Positions 19,492-29,048 of a stretch of 64,000 nucleotides of DNA are shown one piece after another. Source of the DNA: Escherichia phage FEC14; the sequence record MG383452; one strand, 5' to 3'. Both the position numbers and the translations under genes were made by a program. The notes under the pieces were generated by a model. It was not told where the DNA came from. It saw only the letters and a program-made list of their open reading frames with translations, and did no database searches. Within the stretch, counting starts at the first letter, position 1, and each line of letters starts with the position of its first letter.

Positions 19492-19500
19492 TTCTCACCT

Positions 19501-20604
19501 TTAGGCAAATTTCAGACCGTCGGAGACTGATCCAGTAAGGACACCAGTCAGATAATCAGGGGCTTCCGCTTCCTGTAATGCATATTGCATTGTTTTATTA
19601 TCTAGCCACTCATTTATCCATGGCACCGGATTGTCTTTACGGGCTTGTCCTGGATATGGGTGGCCAATGGCTCCCATACGGTGTGTTGCCAACCAGTCCA
19701 CCATTTGATGAAGGATATTTGCATTCAGTCCCAGCATTGAGCCGTCTTTGAACAGATAATTCGCCCATTCTTTTTCTTGGTTGACAACGTCGACATACAT
19801 CTGGGTCATTTCGCCGCGCAGTTCTTCTCTAATAATGGCAAAATCAGGGTCCATCAGTGGCAGACGGTTCAGGAAAGTCTGGGTCAGGATGAGGTGATCT
19901 TGCTCATCACGAGCAATCTGACGGATGATTTTAGCGTTGCCTTCCATTTTGTTGAGGAATTGCATGAAAGCCCAAGAACACGCGAATGAAACATAGAAAC
20001 GAACGCCTTCGAGGGAGTTAGCAGCAAACAGAGCACGCCAGAATGCACGCTTGGCGTTCATGATGTCTTCACGGGTGAACGCGCGTCCAGCCATACGCAT
20101 CCCGCTGTAACGCACCATGTCGTCGTAGTATACGCTGATCTGTCCGGCGCAATCGACGATCTCCTGAACGTCCAGAACATGGTCAAAAACGATACCAGGA
20201 TCATTCACTGTGTTACGAAGGATATGCGTGTAAGATAGTGAGTGGATGGCTTCTTGGCGCGTCCACTCCAGAATAGCAAATTGCGCTTCTGGTGTTGATG
20301 CCCATGGGCCAAACGCTTCGAACGGAGCAGCACCCTGGATAGAATCCAGCATGGTCTGTCGTTTCAGGTTGCTGAAGTAGATGTGTTGTTCCGCAGCGGA
20401 TAGAGTGGCAAAGTCTGCTTTGTCTTTGGTGACATCCACTTCTTCCGGACGCCAGAATTGGCTGAGGCCTTTTTCATACCATTTTTGAACAAAAGGCCAA
20501 GCCACTTTGTCATAACGCTGGATACTTACAGGGTCGCCAAAGAATGGCAGTCCTGTATTATTTGAAGATGGATCGAATACTGAGAATTGCTTTTGTTCGT
20601 TCAT
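19501..20604 (-). CDS. nrdB: ribonucleotide reductase class Ia small (beta) subunit
   Basis: 367 aa; di-iron ligand motifs EAIHS and ARDEQDH in the conserved order. Confidence 0.85.
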   Translation of the reverse strand: MNEQKQFSVFDPSSNNTGLPFFGDPVSIQRYDKVAWPFVQKWYEKGLSQFWRPEEVDVTKDKADFATLSAAEQHIYFSNLKRQTMLDSIQGAAPFEAFGPWASTPEAQFAILEWTRQEAIHSLSYTHILRNTVNDPGIVFDHVLDVQEIVDCAGQISVYYDDMVRYSGMRMAGRAFTREDIMNAKRAFWRALFAANSLEGVRFYVSFACSWAFMQFLNKMEGNAKIIRQIARDEQDHLILTQTFLNRLPLMDPDFAIIREELRGEMTQMYVDVVNQEKEWANYLFKDGSMLGLNANILHQMVDWLATHRMGAIGHPYPGQARKDNPVPWINEWLDNKTMQYALQEAEAPDYLTGVLTGSVSDGLKFA

Positions 20605-20674
20605 GTTTCTTTCCTGATGAATAAGGGGTGACGAATCACCCCTGATATTAAACGTTTGTGTTGTATAGACCTAA

Positions 20675-22951
20675 TCAAACAACACAGGTATCACAAATTT
20701 CTTCAACTTGTTTCAACTCTTCATCTTCCTTGGAGTCTTTGTTGGTGTTGTAATACAGAGTTTTACCACCCCACATGTAGAAAGACAGAATATCCTGCAT
20801 CATAAGAGAGCGCGGGATCTTGCCTTCTGGATATTTCTCTGGGTCATACCATGTGTTGGTGCTGATAGATTGATCTACCCAACGTTGTATGACCGCAGCC
20901 GTCTTCAGGTATTCAATACAATCCAGATTCCATTTCAGGTCATATAGAGGACCAAGGGTTTCTACATCCGGAACGATCTGTTTATAGACGCCGTCCTTGC
21001 TGCCTTTGATGCTGATGAGACCTTTTGGTGGCTCTATACCGTTCGTTGCGTTCAGCACCTGAGAGGAGCTTTCAGTTGGTGCTACGGCTAACAACGTGGC
21101 GTTACGGATCCCATACTCGGATAGGTTCTGCTTAAGACCTTCCCAGTCAAGACCATAGGCTTGCCCAACAGGCTTTTTGCCATTGGGTAGGATGTCCAGC
21201 GGGAGAGGCTGAAGGTCGGCTGTTACAAATCCGGAATCATGGATAGTTGATTTCTTACAAGATCCGAAACGCATGGCCAGACGGTTGGACGCTTTGACCA
21301 AGTAGAAATGAAGATGCGCCATCCACTTGTCTAGAAGTTCTAATCCGATAGGCGATCCATAACCCGTGAAATTCTTGGCCAGGAAATGTGCGACGTTGAC
21401 GATACCGATACCCAGAGGACGATATTCTTCTACGGCCAAACGGGCTTGGCGAGCTGGGTAGTCCTGATATTCCAACAACATATCCAAAGCTGAAACCAGA
21501 ACGAAAGCAACATCTTCCATTTCTGTTGGATCTTCAAATGCCGTCAGGTTAAATGATGCGAGTGTACACAGGGCAATGCGACCATCTTCATCATCATACT
21601 GTTGGAACTCACGAGTCGGGAGCGCGATTTCTAAACACAGATTAGAGCTATAAATCGTGTCCAAATTGAACGGACTATACTCGTTCATGTGATCAACGAA
21701 TGCGATGTAGATCCGTCCAGTGTCAGAACGCTGGTCTAGTAGCATTTGGAACACTTCTTCAGCTTGCAGCTTTTTGGAACGACATAACCCGGCGTCGGCG
21801 GCCTTGATCATATTGTCGTACATTTCGCGGAATTTATTGACGTCTGCGAAAAATGCTTCATACATTTCGCGGTTGTCTTTTGGATCAAACAGGTATAGAG
21901 GCTGTTTGTTCACCAGGCGCTCGAACATGACGCGGTTAATCTGAATCCCATAGTCGATACGGCGTTCACGGTTCTCTTCCAATCCACGGTTGTTTTTGAG
22001 AACAACGACATCATCAAATTGATAATGCCAGATGGGAACATAGCATGTTGCCGATCCACCACGGATACCGCCTTGAGAGCAAGACTTCAGGGCACCAGTC
22101 AAATACTTGATGAATGGAACCAGACCTGTATGGACCATTTCCCCTTTACGGATAGGGCTACCGATGCCACGAATTGCTCCAACATCGAATCCGATGCCAG
22201 CACGTTTGGAAACATAATCCACGATGCTTTTCGCAGTGGCATTAATTGAGTCCAATGTATCACCAGTTTTGATCAATACACAAGAGCTGAACTGTCGGGT
22301 CGGGGTGCGGACGCCGGACATAATAGGTGTTGGAAGACTGAATTTGCCTGTACTGGCGTATTCATAGAACTTCTTCACCATTGTCAGTCTGCTTTCTTTA
22401 TCCCACGCTGAGAATAATGCCATAGCGATTGCCATGTACATGACTTGAGGGGTTTCATAATACACTTTGCTGTCAGAAGAACGATCACGCAAAAGATATT
22501 TTTGAGTCAGCTGGCCCATTGCTGCCCAAGTGAAATTCTTGTCGCGTTTGTGGTTGATGACTGTGTTAAGTTCTTCGAATTCTTCTTTAGAGTAAAGTTC
22601 GAGGAATTCGCGGTCATAAACACCCAGCTTGGTGTTCTTTGCAAAGATATCCAGCAAATGAGGTGGCTTGTACTGACCATAGACAACCTTGCGCAGGTCA
22701 TACGACTTCAGGCGGGCAGCAACATATTGATAATTGGGTTTATCAACAGAAATTAAGGTGGCCGCAGCTTGGATAATGATATCCTGAATGCGTTCGGTTT
22801 TCATGTTATCGGTGAATTGAATCTTCGATGCAGCTTCCACCTCAGACACTGATACTCCTTCAAGGCCGTCACATGCTCGTTCAATAACGGTATGGAGTTT
22901 TTCAATGTCAAAGGGGACAGAAGATCCGTCCCGCTTTATGATGTTAATCAT
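20675..22951 (-). CDS. nrdA: ribonucleotide reductase class Ia large (alpha) subunit
   Basis: 758 aa from MINIIKRDGS (ATP-cone) with GAGGA RBS; C-terminal CDTCVV-type tail; tracked ORF extends 17 codons upstream. Confidence 0.9.
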   Translation of the reverse strand: MINIIKRDGSSVPFDIEKLHTVIERACDGLEGVSVSEVEAASKIQFTDNMKTERIQDIIIQAAATLISVDKPNYQYVAARLKSYDLRKVVYGQYKPPHLLDIFAKNTKLGVYDREFLELYSKEEFEELNTVINHKRDKNFTWAAMGQLTQKYLLRDRSSDSKVYYETPQVMYMAIAMALFSAWDKESRLTMVKKFYEYASTGKFSLPTPIMSGVRTPTRQFSSCVLIKTGDTLDSINATAKSIVDYVSKRAGIGFDVGAIRGIGSPIRKGEMVHTGLVPFIKYLTGALKSCSQGGIRGGSATCYVPIWHYQFDDVVVLKNNRGLEENRERRIDYGIQINRVMFERLVNKQPLYLFDPKDNREMYEAFFADVNKFREMYDNMIKAADAGLCRSKKLQAEEVFQMLLDQRSDTGRIYIAFVDHMNEYSPFNLDTIYSSNLCLEIALPTREFQQYDDEDGRIALCTLASFNLTAFEDPTEMEDVAFVLVSALDMLLEYQDYPARQARLAVEEYRPLGIGIVNVAHFLAKNFTGYGSPIGLELLDKWMAHLHFYLVKASNRLAMRFGSCKKSTIHDSGFVTADLQPLPLDILPNGKKPVGQAYGLDWEGLKQNLSEYGIRNATLLAVAPTESSSQVLNATNGIEPPKGLISIKGSKDGVYKQIVPDVETLGPLYDLKWNLDCIEYLKTAAVIQRWVDQSISTNTWYDPEKYPEGKIPRSLMMQDILSFYMWGGKTLYYNTNKDSKEDEELKQVEEICDTCVV

Positions 22952-23035
22952 AGCGATCCTCGGTTTGTGTTTATGCAGGCTGTTATTATACACCGCCTCC
23001 ATGGATTGAAGGCGGTGGGGAAGTTCGTGTGGTAT

Positions 23036-23875
23036 TTAAATGTTGTACAGGTCGTTAATTTCTAACATTAGGCGGGTGAAGTTGCCGCGACCATTACGAT
23101 CAGACTTATCGAATTCGATGATGCTGAATGGTTGAACCCACTCTGGATATTCATCTCCGATTTCTACGCCGTCAATTTGCAAGGAACCTGTTTCCAGCTT
23201 GTTGTTGAAGTCTTTAAAGGAATCCACATACGTCTGTAACGCACTATCACGCAGTCTCTTGTTAGACTGTTTGATATCTCCATTCACGAAGATGTACGAA
23301 GAATCTGAAGCACGGGTCAGTAAGTTCTTCAGCTGCTCCATATCGCATTCCTGCGCCTCTTCGATAATCAGGAAACAATCATCGAAAGTCATCCCTTTTA
23401 CAGTTTCAAGGTCTTGAATTTCTATGATGCGTTTCTCCCACAGATAGTTGAAGAAACCGTCGGAACCCGTATCTGTTTTGAGAACCTTTTTAAATGTCTG
23501 TATGAGCGGCATCAAATAAGGCATCAGCTTTTCATATGTGTCACCAGGCCGGAACCCTGCTGTGGTGCCAGTTGGAAGGGGAGAACGTGTGATGATGATC
23601 TTGTTGATTGTTTTGTCTATCAGATGTTTTGCTGCAGCAGATGCACCACAATAGGATTTGCCTGTACCTGCCGGACCGATAGCGATAGTGAGGTGTTCGT
23701 TTAATGCGGATTGATATGCGAGGTTCTGATTTTCTGAGAGGCCATTGAACGGAGCAATTTTGAAATCACCTTTAGAAAATTTCATCCAGTCTTCTTCCTT
23801 CTGGATGGTGTCTTTCTTACGAGCAGATTTTGTCTTCGCTGGCTTCATGGATACAACTTTAGACGCAGATTGCAT
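23036..23875 (-). CDS. phoH: PhoH-like ATPase
   Basis: Walker A GPAGTGKS, Walker B-like CFLIIEEAQ; ATG 23875 with AGGAAGG RBS (tracked ORF starts at upstream GTG). Confidence 0.75.
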   Translation of the reverse strand: MQSASKVVSMKPAKTKSARKKDTIQKEEDWMKFSKGDFKIAPFNGLSENQNLAYQSALNEHLTIAIGPAGTGKSYCGASAAAKHLIDKTINKIIITRSPLPTGTTAGFRPGDTYEKLMPYLMPLIQTFKKVLKTDTGSDGFFNYLWEKRIIEIQDLETVKGMTFDDCFLIIEEAQECDMEQLKNLLTRASDSSYIFVNGDIKQSNKRLRDSALQTYVDSFKDFNNKLETGSLQIDGVEIGDEYPEWVQPFSIIEFDKSDRNGRGNFTRLMLEINDLYNI

Positions 23876-23954
23876 GTTGAACCTTCCTATATCTACAGGG
23901 GTTGTCGACACCTTTAATTAAGCGACACGCCCAGCATACCTGTATATCAGATAA

Positions 23955-23977
23955 AGAAAAAGGCCGTTTCCGGCCTT
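23955..23977 (-). terminator. rho-independent terminator downstream of endolysin gene
   Basis: AGGCCG-TTTC-CGGCCT hairpin followed by T-run on minus strand. Confidence 0.45.
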
Positions 23978-23982
23978 GAGGA

Positions 23983-24777
23983 TTAGCAGAAACTCTTGTA
24001 TGCTGCCGCCAGTTTAGTATCATACTGGTTTTTCGCATATGCCGGACCATTGTACCGACGAGCAAACTCGGCCCAATTCTTGTTCTTCAGGGCTTTCCAC
24101 ATATTGGCATCAGCCTTGATGAACTTGACAAATGCCAGAAGATGAGCGCGTTCACCAGTCAGGAAATCAGTGAACATCTCTTTGGCATTTGAATAGCCAC
24201 AGATTTGGCAGTTGAACCCCATGATCTGGAATAGGCCGTAGGAAGCACTCTCGTAAGCGCAGTCCTCGTCAAGGGCGATTGCACCCTGAAGGCGTTCCAA
24301 CTCCGCGTCTCCGCCGATATACCCGCCAGAATTGGGGTTAACCAATGTTGGGTAGAGTTGGTACAGAGCATTGGCTCTTGCTTGCCCGAATTTGGCCGTC
24401 ACCTTTTTGTACATGATGTGGCGCTCAAACAGAGTTTTGATCTTGCCAGTTTTGGTAAAACCCGTGCCACGGGATTCTACCTGGTTCACCGCTTTCATAC
24501 TGGCCAGCTCAACACCAAGTTCACGTGCTGCGTCAACCAAGTCCGCTTCGGTCAGATGTTCCTGGTGAGCGTCTCCAGCGTTGCGGATAGCATAGAAGGT
24601 CTTTGGCCCAGCAATACCATCAATAACCAATCCAGCACCTGCCTGAACGGATTTGACGGCATTCTCTGTTGCCTTACCAAATATGCCATCGGCTGTAAGA
24701 GAGAAACCGATTTTGTTGAGGCTTTGTTGAAGTGCTTTGACTTCAGAACCTCGGTTGCCAAGTTTTAGAATGGCCAT
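23983..24777 (-). CDS. endolysin: N-terminal peptidoglycan-binding domain plus C-terminal N-acetylmuramidase-like domain
   Basis: GSEVKALQQSLNKIGFSLTADGIFGKATENAVKSVQ (PG_binding_1-like) and YGLFQIMGFN catalytic region; ATG 24777 with GGAGG RBS. Confidence 0.7.
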   Translation of the reverse strand: MAILKLGNRGSEVKALQQSLNKIGFSLTADGIFGKATENAVKSVQAGAGLVIDGIAGPKTFYAIRNAGDAHQEHLTEADLVDAARELGVELASMKAVNQVESRGTGFTKTGKIKTLFERHIMYKKVTAKFGQARANALYQLYPTLVNPNSGGYIGGDAELERLQGAIALDEDCAYESASYGLFQIMGFNCQICGYSNAKEMFTDFLTGERAHLLAFVKFIKADANMWKALKNKNWAEFARRYNGPAYAKNQYDTKLAAAYKSFC

Positions 24778-24846
24778 AAGAAAATACCTCCGCAATGTAT
24801 GCGAAGGTATTTAAAGTGAAAGTCGAACTTGAGGATTTAGTGTCGA

Positions 24847-25035
24847 TTATCTGACTACGACGATAGGCATGATTTCTTTGAAGGAAGTCCTAACTTCGGA
24901 ATCATACCCATATTTTTCAAATATTTTCAACATCGCTTGTTCCAGTTCCTCTTGGAACTGAGGAAAGTGCGCGTTGGGAATTCGGTCGGCAACCCATAGA
25001 GCGCCAGGAGAGGCTTGGATAATTGCTCTACTCAT
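24847..25035 (-). CDS. hypothetical protein (62 aa)
   Basis: strong AGGAGA RBS upstream of ATG. Confidence 0.45.
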   Translation of the reverse strand: MSRAIIQASPGALWVADRIPNAHFPQFQEELEQAMLKIFEKYGYDSEVRTSFKEIMPIVVVR

Positions 25036-25060
25036 GTCTCATTCTCCTACCAAAACTTTG

Positions 25061-25082
25061 AAAGGGGGAGGTTTCCCCCTTG
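25061..25082 (-). terminator. rho-independent terminator
   Basis: GGGGGA-GGTT-TCCCCC hairpin with flanking T-run on minus strand. Confidence 0.5.
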
Positions 25083-25085
25083 CGG

Positions 25086-25574
25086 TTAAGCCAGTTTGTT
25101 CACCAGAGTTTCTACTGCGTCGGCGCTCAGTTTACCCATTTTGACATACTGGGATTTCGCTTCACCGCCAGCGGCTTTCACGATATCGCTGTTGTCATAA
25201 CCCTTTTTCGGGAATACCATCACGGAGAAGGTTCCGTTGTTCAGCGGGTTCAGCTGAATGCGACCTTTACCGACTACGATGGTGCCGTAAGTTTCGGTGT
25301 TCGCTTCGACAACGTGGATGTCATGGCCCAGGTCTTTCAGCATGCCAACCTTGTCAGCAGTCTTGGCAACCACGGCTTTGTCTACGACAACCTGCTCTAC
25401 CAGGGTGAAGCCGTTGGTCGCTTTCACTTTGCCGTTCAGCAGATTCATGAAGGAAGTTTTGCCACCAGTGAAGCCAGCTGCCTGAGCGATGCGGAACATT
25501 TCAACTTTTGCAACTTCGGTGTTCAGTTCAAAAGAGATGGTGCCGTTGGTGATCAGAGTTTTGGTAGTAGCCAT
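25086..25574 (-). CDS. hypothetical protein (163 aa), probably abundantly expressed
   Basis: ATG 25574 with GAGGA RBS; high-expression-like codon usage; own terminator; tracked ORF begins at upstream GTG. Confidence 0.5.
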   Translation of the reverse strand: MATTKTLITNGTISFELNTEVAKVEMFRIAQAAGFTGGKTSFMNLLNGKVKATNGFTLVEQVVVDKAVVAKTADKVGMLKDLGHDIHVVEANTETYGTIVVGKGRIQLNPLNNGTFSVMVFPKKGYDNSDIVKAAGGEAKSQYVKMGKLSADAVETLVNKLA

Positions 25575-25711
25575 GATGTAATTCCTCATAATGTAGTTGG
25601 GTCGTTTCACTTTTCATTCGGCGGGGTGTTGTGTACCGCCCTATGTGAACTATAATAGTGCATGATTATTGAAGAGTAAAGTCTTTTTCAATAAATTTTT
25701 AAATTATTTTT

Positions 25712-25745
25712 GAAGTATTTTAAAAGGCCTCGTAGAATGAGGCCT
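25712..25745 (-). terminator. rho-independent terminator
   Basis: AGGCCTC-GTAGAAT-GAGGCCT hairpin followed by TTTTAAAAT on minus strand. Confidence 0.45.
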
Positions 25746-25773
25746 AGAGAGAAGGTTTTTGAGTTAAAAAGTT

Positions 25774-25983
25774 TTAGGTCGGCTTCTTTTTCAAATACTG
25801 GCGAGCCAAATTCATTTGTTCTTCAGTGATAGGACAACCGCCGAAGTCCACCATTCCGTTCCTCCAACCATGGATGAAACTCTTAGATTCTAAACCAGAT
25901 AGGACATATCCTTCACGGGCTTGCATATACCCGCGAAGAATCTCTTCATCGTCCATACTATTCAGTTCTTTCAAATCCATCAT
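25774..25983 (-). CDS. hypothetical protein (69 aa)
   Basis: ATGATG start overlapping primase stop (ATGA coupling); GAGGA RBS. Confidence 0.45.
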   Translation of the reverse strand: MMDLKELNSMDDEEILRGYMQAREGYVLSGLESKSFIHGWRNGMVDFGGCPITEEQMNLARQYLKKKPT

Positions 25984-27044
25984 ATCTTCCTCAAGTCAGA
26001 AAATCGTAAGGACGCCGACAGTCCCTGATATACGTTCTTGGCTATGATCTGAAGCAGATCCCGTATCGGGATATTTCCCTTGTCGGGGCGAACCATATCA
26101 TTGATATCCTTCCACGGTATTTCCGGTGGAAACAGAACGACTTTGACTCCGCTGTCTATCATCTTCTGTATACCGTCACAAACTTGTTTGTTCCTGTATT
26201 GGTTATCGGGGATATAGATGTCTCCCTTAGCACTTAATAAGTCGGCATCGGCAGTCGCAAGACAATTAGGTAGAAACAAGCTATCAATTGGACCTTCTAC
26301 TACCAACTTTGTTTTGTTCCAAATGATGCGCTCTTCCCCGTAGATTTTAGTGTCTTCGTTCTTAGGCTTGACAGTGGCATACCGTAATACCCCATCAGGA
26401 AGGTTATCGCCGAATGCGCGCCCCTGAACTATCTTCATGCGCCCGTCTTGGGTCCAGAATGGGATTACCAGCCGCTCATCTTCGGGTATCTTCTTTTGCT
26501 TCTCAACATCCGTTTCGAAACTCAGAAGATCTTGACGAAAATTCCTGCTGTAATACAACAAAGATAACGTGCTCTCCGGCATTCCCCTGCCTTCAACGTA
26601 ACGACGGGCGATATGATCACGGTCAAGAAGATCAAGGCGTATCATATTCCCAAGGTGCTCTTCATCTCGTTTGGCGACCTGAGAACCGATACGCGCTGTC
26701 TGGGTCAGGCGCTGTAGTGGTTTGAGTTTTTGTAACGGGCGGGAACTGGTATCCCCCATGATCCTGAATTTTTCAAGGTTGTATTCATTATACAGACGCT
26801 CGTCAAACTTCTTCAACCAGAATTCAAACGCCCAACCGCTCATTTCATTACAGTTGTGGCACTTGAAACGAAACACATCGTCATCACGATCATAAAAGAA
26901 GTGACCACGACGCTTGTTGGCACTCTTCTTAGAATCCCCGCATAATGGGCAACGAAATTTGGCGACAGCGCCAACACGTTCCCAGCTGAATTTATCAAGT
27001 CGGGGGGCGAGAAAATTGATGTATTGTTCGTCCAAGAATTTCAT
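25980..27044 (-). CDS. 61: DNA primase, T4 gp61-like
   Basis: 354 aa; zinc ribbon FRCPLCGDSKKS...FKCHNC; RLVIPF, VVEGPIDSLF, WKDINDM motifs collinear with T4 gp61. Confidence 0.8.
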   Translation of the reverse strand: MKFLDEQYINFLAPRLDKFSWERVGAVAKFRCPLCGDSKKSANKRRGHFFYDRDDDVFRFKCHNCNEMSGWAFEFWLKKFDERLYNEYNLEKFRIMGDTSSRPLQKLKPLQRLTQTARIGSQVAKRDEEHLGNMIRLDLLDRDHIARRYVEGRGMPESTLSLLYYSRNFRQDLLSFETDVEKQKKIPEDERLVIPFWTQDGRMKIVQGRAFGDNLPDGVLRYATVKPKNEDTKIYGEERIIWNKTKLVVEGPIDSLFLPNCLATADADLLSAKGDIYIPDNQYRNKQVCDGIQKMIDSGVKVVLFPPEIPWKDINDMVRPDKGNIPIRDLLQIIAKNVYQGLSASLRFSDLRKI

Positions 27045-27661
27045 TAGATATTTGGCCTCTGGAACACTTCTGTCACATTATAATCCACCCCGCGACTTTG
27101 AGCTATGCAAAGCTGTCGCCAAGCCCCATACAGAATATTTTGTTCCGCAACCTGATTGCGTTCAAAGTGGGCGAATTCTTCCAGCATCTGTTTGTACCCT
27201 AATAGATAATGAGGGATATCTGTAGGACTTCTTTTGCCCAAAGATTTAGACAAATATGATGCATAATGTTCCGGTGAAGACAAAGAGGAATATTGCATAT
27301 TTGGAACGTGAACGGGCTTCAAAGATTTTCTAGGGGTGAAGTACAACAAACCCCATTTGGGAGGGAGGTCTTCAATTTTAATAACATCTGCTGGGCAAAC
27401 ATAGAAACGATATGCTCCCATGCCTATGGAAGGATTCATGCGATGAGGTTTCTTTTTGTCTGTCAGGAAGTCGGCGCGGGAGACTTTAACTTCCATTAAT
27501 ATAGAACAACCCCCAGGTCTGAACCCGATGGCGTCAGGGGATTCACGATTATCGAATGAATTTGGTTCTACGAACACAGCACCACAATTCATTTGTTTGT
27601 GTAGAAATTTTGCAGCGATTTGACAACCTTCTGAGTGAGAAGGTATAAAGATTTTGCCCAT
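27044..27661 (-). CDS. putative PD-(D/E)XK-type nuclease-like protein
   Basis: 205 aa; PDAIGF ... ILMEVKV arrangement resembles the D...ExK core; weak. Confidence 0.35.
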   Translation of the reverse strand: MGKIFIPSHSEGCQIAAKFLHKQMNCGAVFVEPNSFDNRESPDAIGFRPGGCSILMEVKVSRADFLTDKKKPHRMNPSIGMGAYRFYVCPADVIKIEDLPPKWGLLYFTPRKSLKPVHVPNMQYSSLSSPEHYASYLSKSLGKRSPTDIPHYLLGYKQMLEEFAHFERNQVAEQNILYGAWRQLCIAQSRGVDYNVTEVFQRPNI

Positions 27662-27724
27662 TGTTATCTGTATCCTATTGATGACGAATGGGCAAAATTA
27701 TAACCTGACGATGATCCTATTGAG

Positions 27725-28078
27725 TTAGGACAATTGCTTCAGTTTGTAAATCGTTTGATAGCACAAAGTTTTGATTTCGTCAAGCGTGTTTTGTAAATGG
27801 CTATCACACTGATTGTAGATCCCATTAACGTCGATGACCACGCTGTTGATATACGATATCGGTTCAGGATTGTATAATTTGATGTTCTCGAATCCTGGAA
27901 TGTATATACCACCCGCACCAATATACGCTTCCGTAAAGGTGTCTAGCAAGTCCTCCAGTTCCCCGTAGAACTCCCCGAGTGCCTTGTGCTTGGCGTAGGA
28001 CGTTGTAACGAAGTGCAGGGCATGAGAGTGGGCTATAGCAAGCAGTCCACGGTTGATGAAAATACTCGCGTTAACCAT
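27725..28078 (-). CDS. hypothetical protein (117 aa)
   Basis: ORF track. Confidence 0.4.
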   Translation of the reverse strand: MVNASIFINRGLLAIAHSHALHFVTTSYAKHKALGEFYGELEDLLDTFTEAYIGAGGIYIPGFENIKLYNPEPISYINSVVIDVNGIYNQCDSHLQNTLDEIKTLCYQTIYKLKQLS

Positions 28079-28167
28079 GATTTGTTTCCTGTATTGTGAA
28101 CCATCTAGTATTTAGTGTTAATGGGTTCATGAGGTACTATATAGAATAATATAACTGGAGAAAGAAA

Positions 28168-28773
28168 ATGAAAACTTTTCAAGACTTTTTGACCGAAGCC
28201 GCGCCGCCGATGTCTGTTCATATCAAGGCAGACAAGATCGGCAAATCCACCGAAGACAATATCGGTACTTTCTTGCGAGTTAGTGTTAGTGGCGACAAAG
28301 CCACCTTTGAAACCCCTGATGGTCGTAAGATAATCCTGACGGGTGCCAGAGACATCATTTCCGCATCTGGTCTGAAAGATGGACAGTTTGCCAGTGCCCA
28401 GATGATTGACAAGGTTGATACTGACACCGCTGTCAAGTACAACAAATCAGGCAAATATATTGACTTGTTGGATGTCAAATCAGGTATGGGCAATTCCTTT
28501 ATCTCCATTGACGGCAACAAGCAATGGAAAGAAATGACTGAAGGTGGTTGGTATGCGTATAAAGGCGGTCGCCCCGGCTTGGCTCGTTATAAGATCGCCA
28601 TGGTTATGGGACCTCATGCGGGTATGCCATCTCCTGGGGAAGATATTGAATACGAGTTACCGAATGGCGGCAAAGAACGCGGAACCGTCATGAAACTGAA
28701 TGGTGCATCCAAGCTGATGGACGTCAAAAACGAAAAAGGTAAGAAAGTACAAGTCAGTATGTATGTGAAATAA
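28168..28773 (+). CDS. putative capsid internal protein with T4-type capsid-targeting sequence
   Basis: N-terminus MKTFQDFLTE-A closely matches T4 IP leader MKTYQEFIAE-A; own terminator. Confidence 0.45.
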   Translation: MKTFQDFLTEAAPPMSVHIKADKIGKSTEDNIGTFLRVSVSGDKATFETPDGRKIILTGARDIISASGLKDGQFASAQMIDKVDTDTAVKYNKSGKYIDLLDVKSGMGNSFISIDGNKQWKEMTEGGWYAYKGGRPGLARYKIAMVMGPHAGMPSPGEDIEYELPNGGKERGTVMKLNGASKLMDVKNEKGKKVQVSMYVK

Positions 28774-28775
28774 CA

Positions 28776-28802
28776 AAACCCCGCGAAAGCGGGGTTTCTT
28801 TT
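28776..28802. terminator. bidirectional rho-independent terminator
   Basis: CCCCGC-GAAA-GCGGGG hairpin followed by TTTCTTTT. Confidence 0.55.
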
Positions 28803-29040
28803 ATGGCTTGACCAGAGTCATCTTGACGGTTTCACCCGTGTCGGTGTCTGTCAGGGTCATGACGTCTTGTGCGTTCACAGACTTCACTTTCCCCTGCCGC
28901 TTGTCGCCGTTGCGGTTGTAGTAGTCGATCAGTTCGCCTTTGGTTGGGCGGCCAACATCGGTGATGTCATACTGACCGCGCTTCCCCAGCGCCCGATGGT
29001 CTGTTGCTTCCTTCAGCAGGAAGTCCTGGAACCCTTTCAT
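28801..29040 (-). CDS. small protein with capsid-targeting-like N-terminus (79 aa)
   Basis: MKGFQDFLLKE-A leader; GGGGGA RBS. Confidence 0.4.
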   Translation of the reverse strand: MKGFQDFLLKEATDHRALGKRGQYDITDVGRPTKGELIDYYNRNGDKRQGKVKSVNAQDVMTLTDTDTGETVKMTLVKP

Positions 29041-29048
29041 ACATCCCC

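Noticed and set aside
25080-25655. Plus-strand ORF 25080-25655 (191 aa)
   Set aside because: Exactly antisense to the 163-aa minus-strand gene that has a strong RBS and its own terminator; low-complexity translation.
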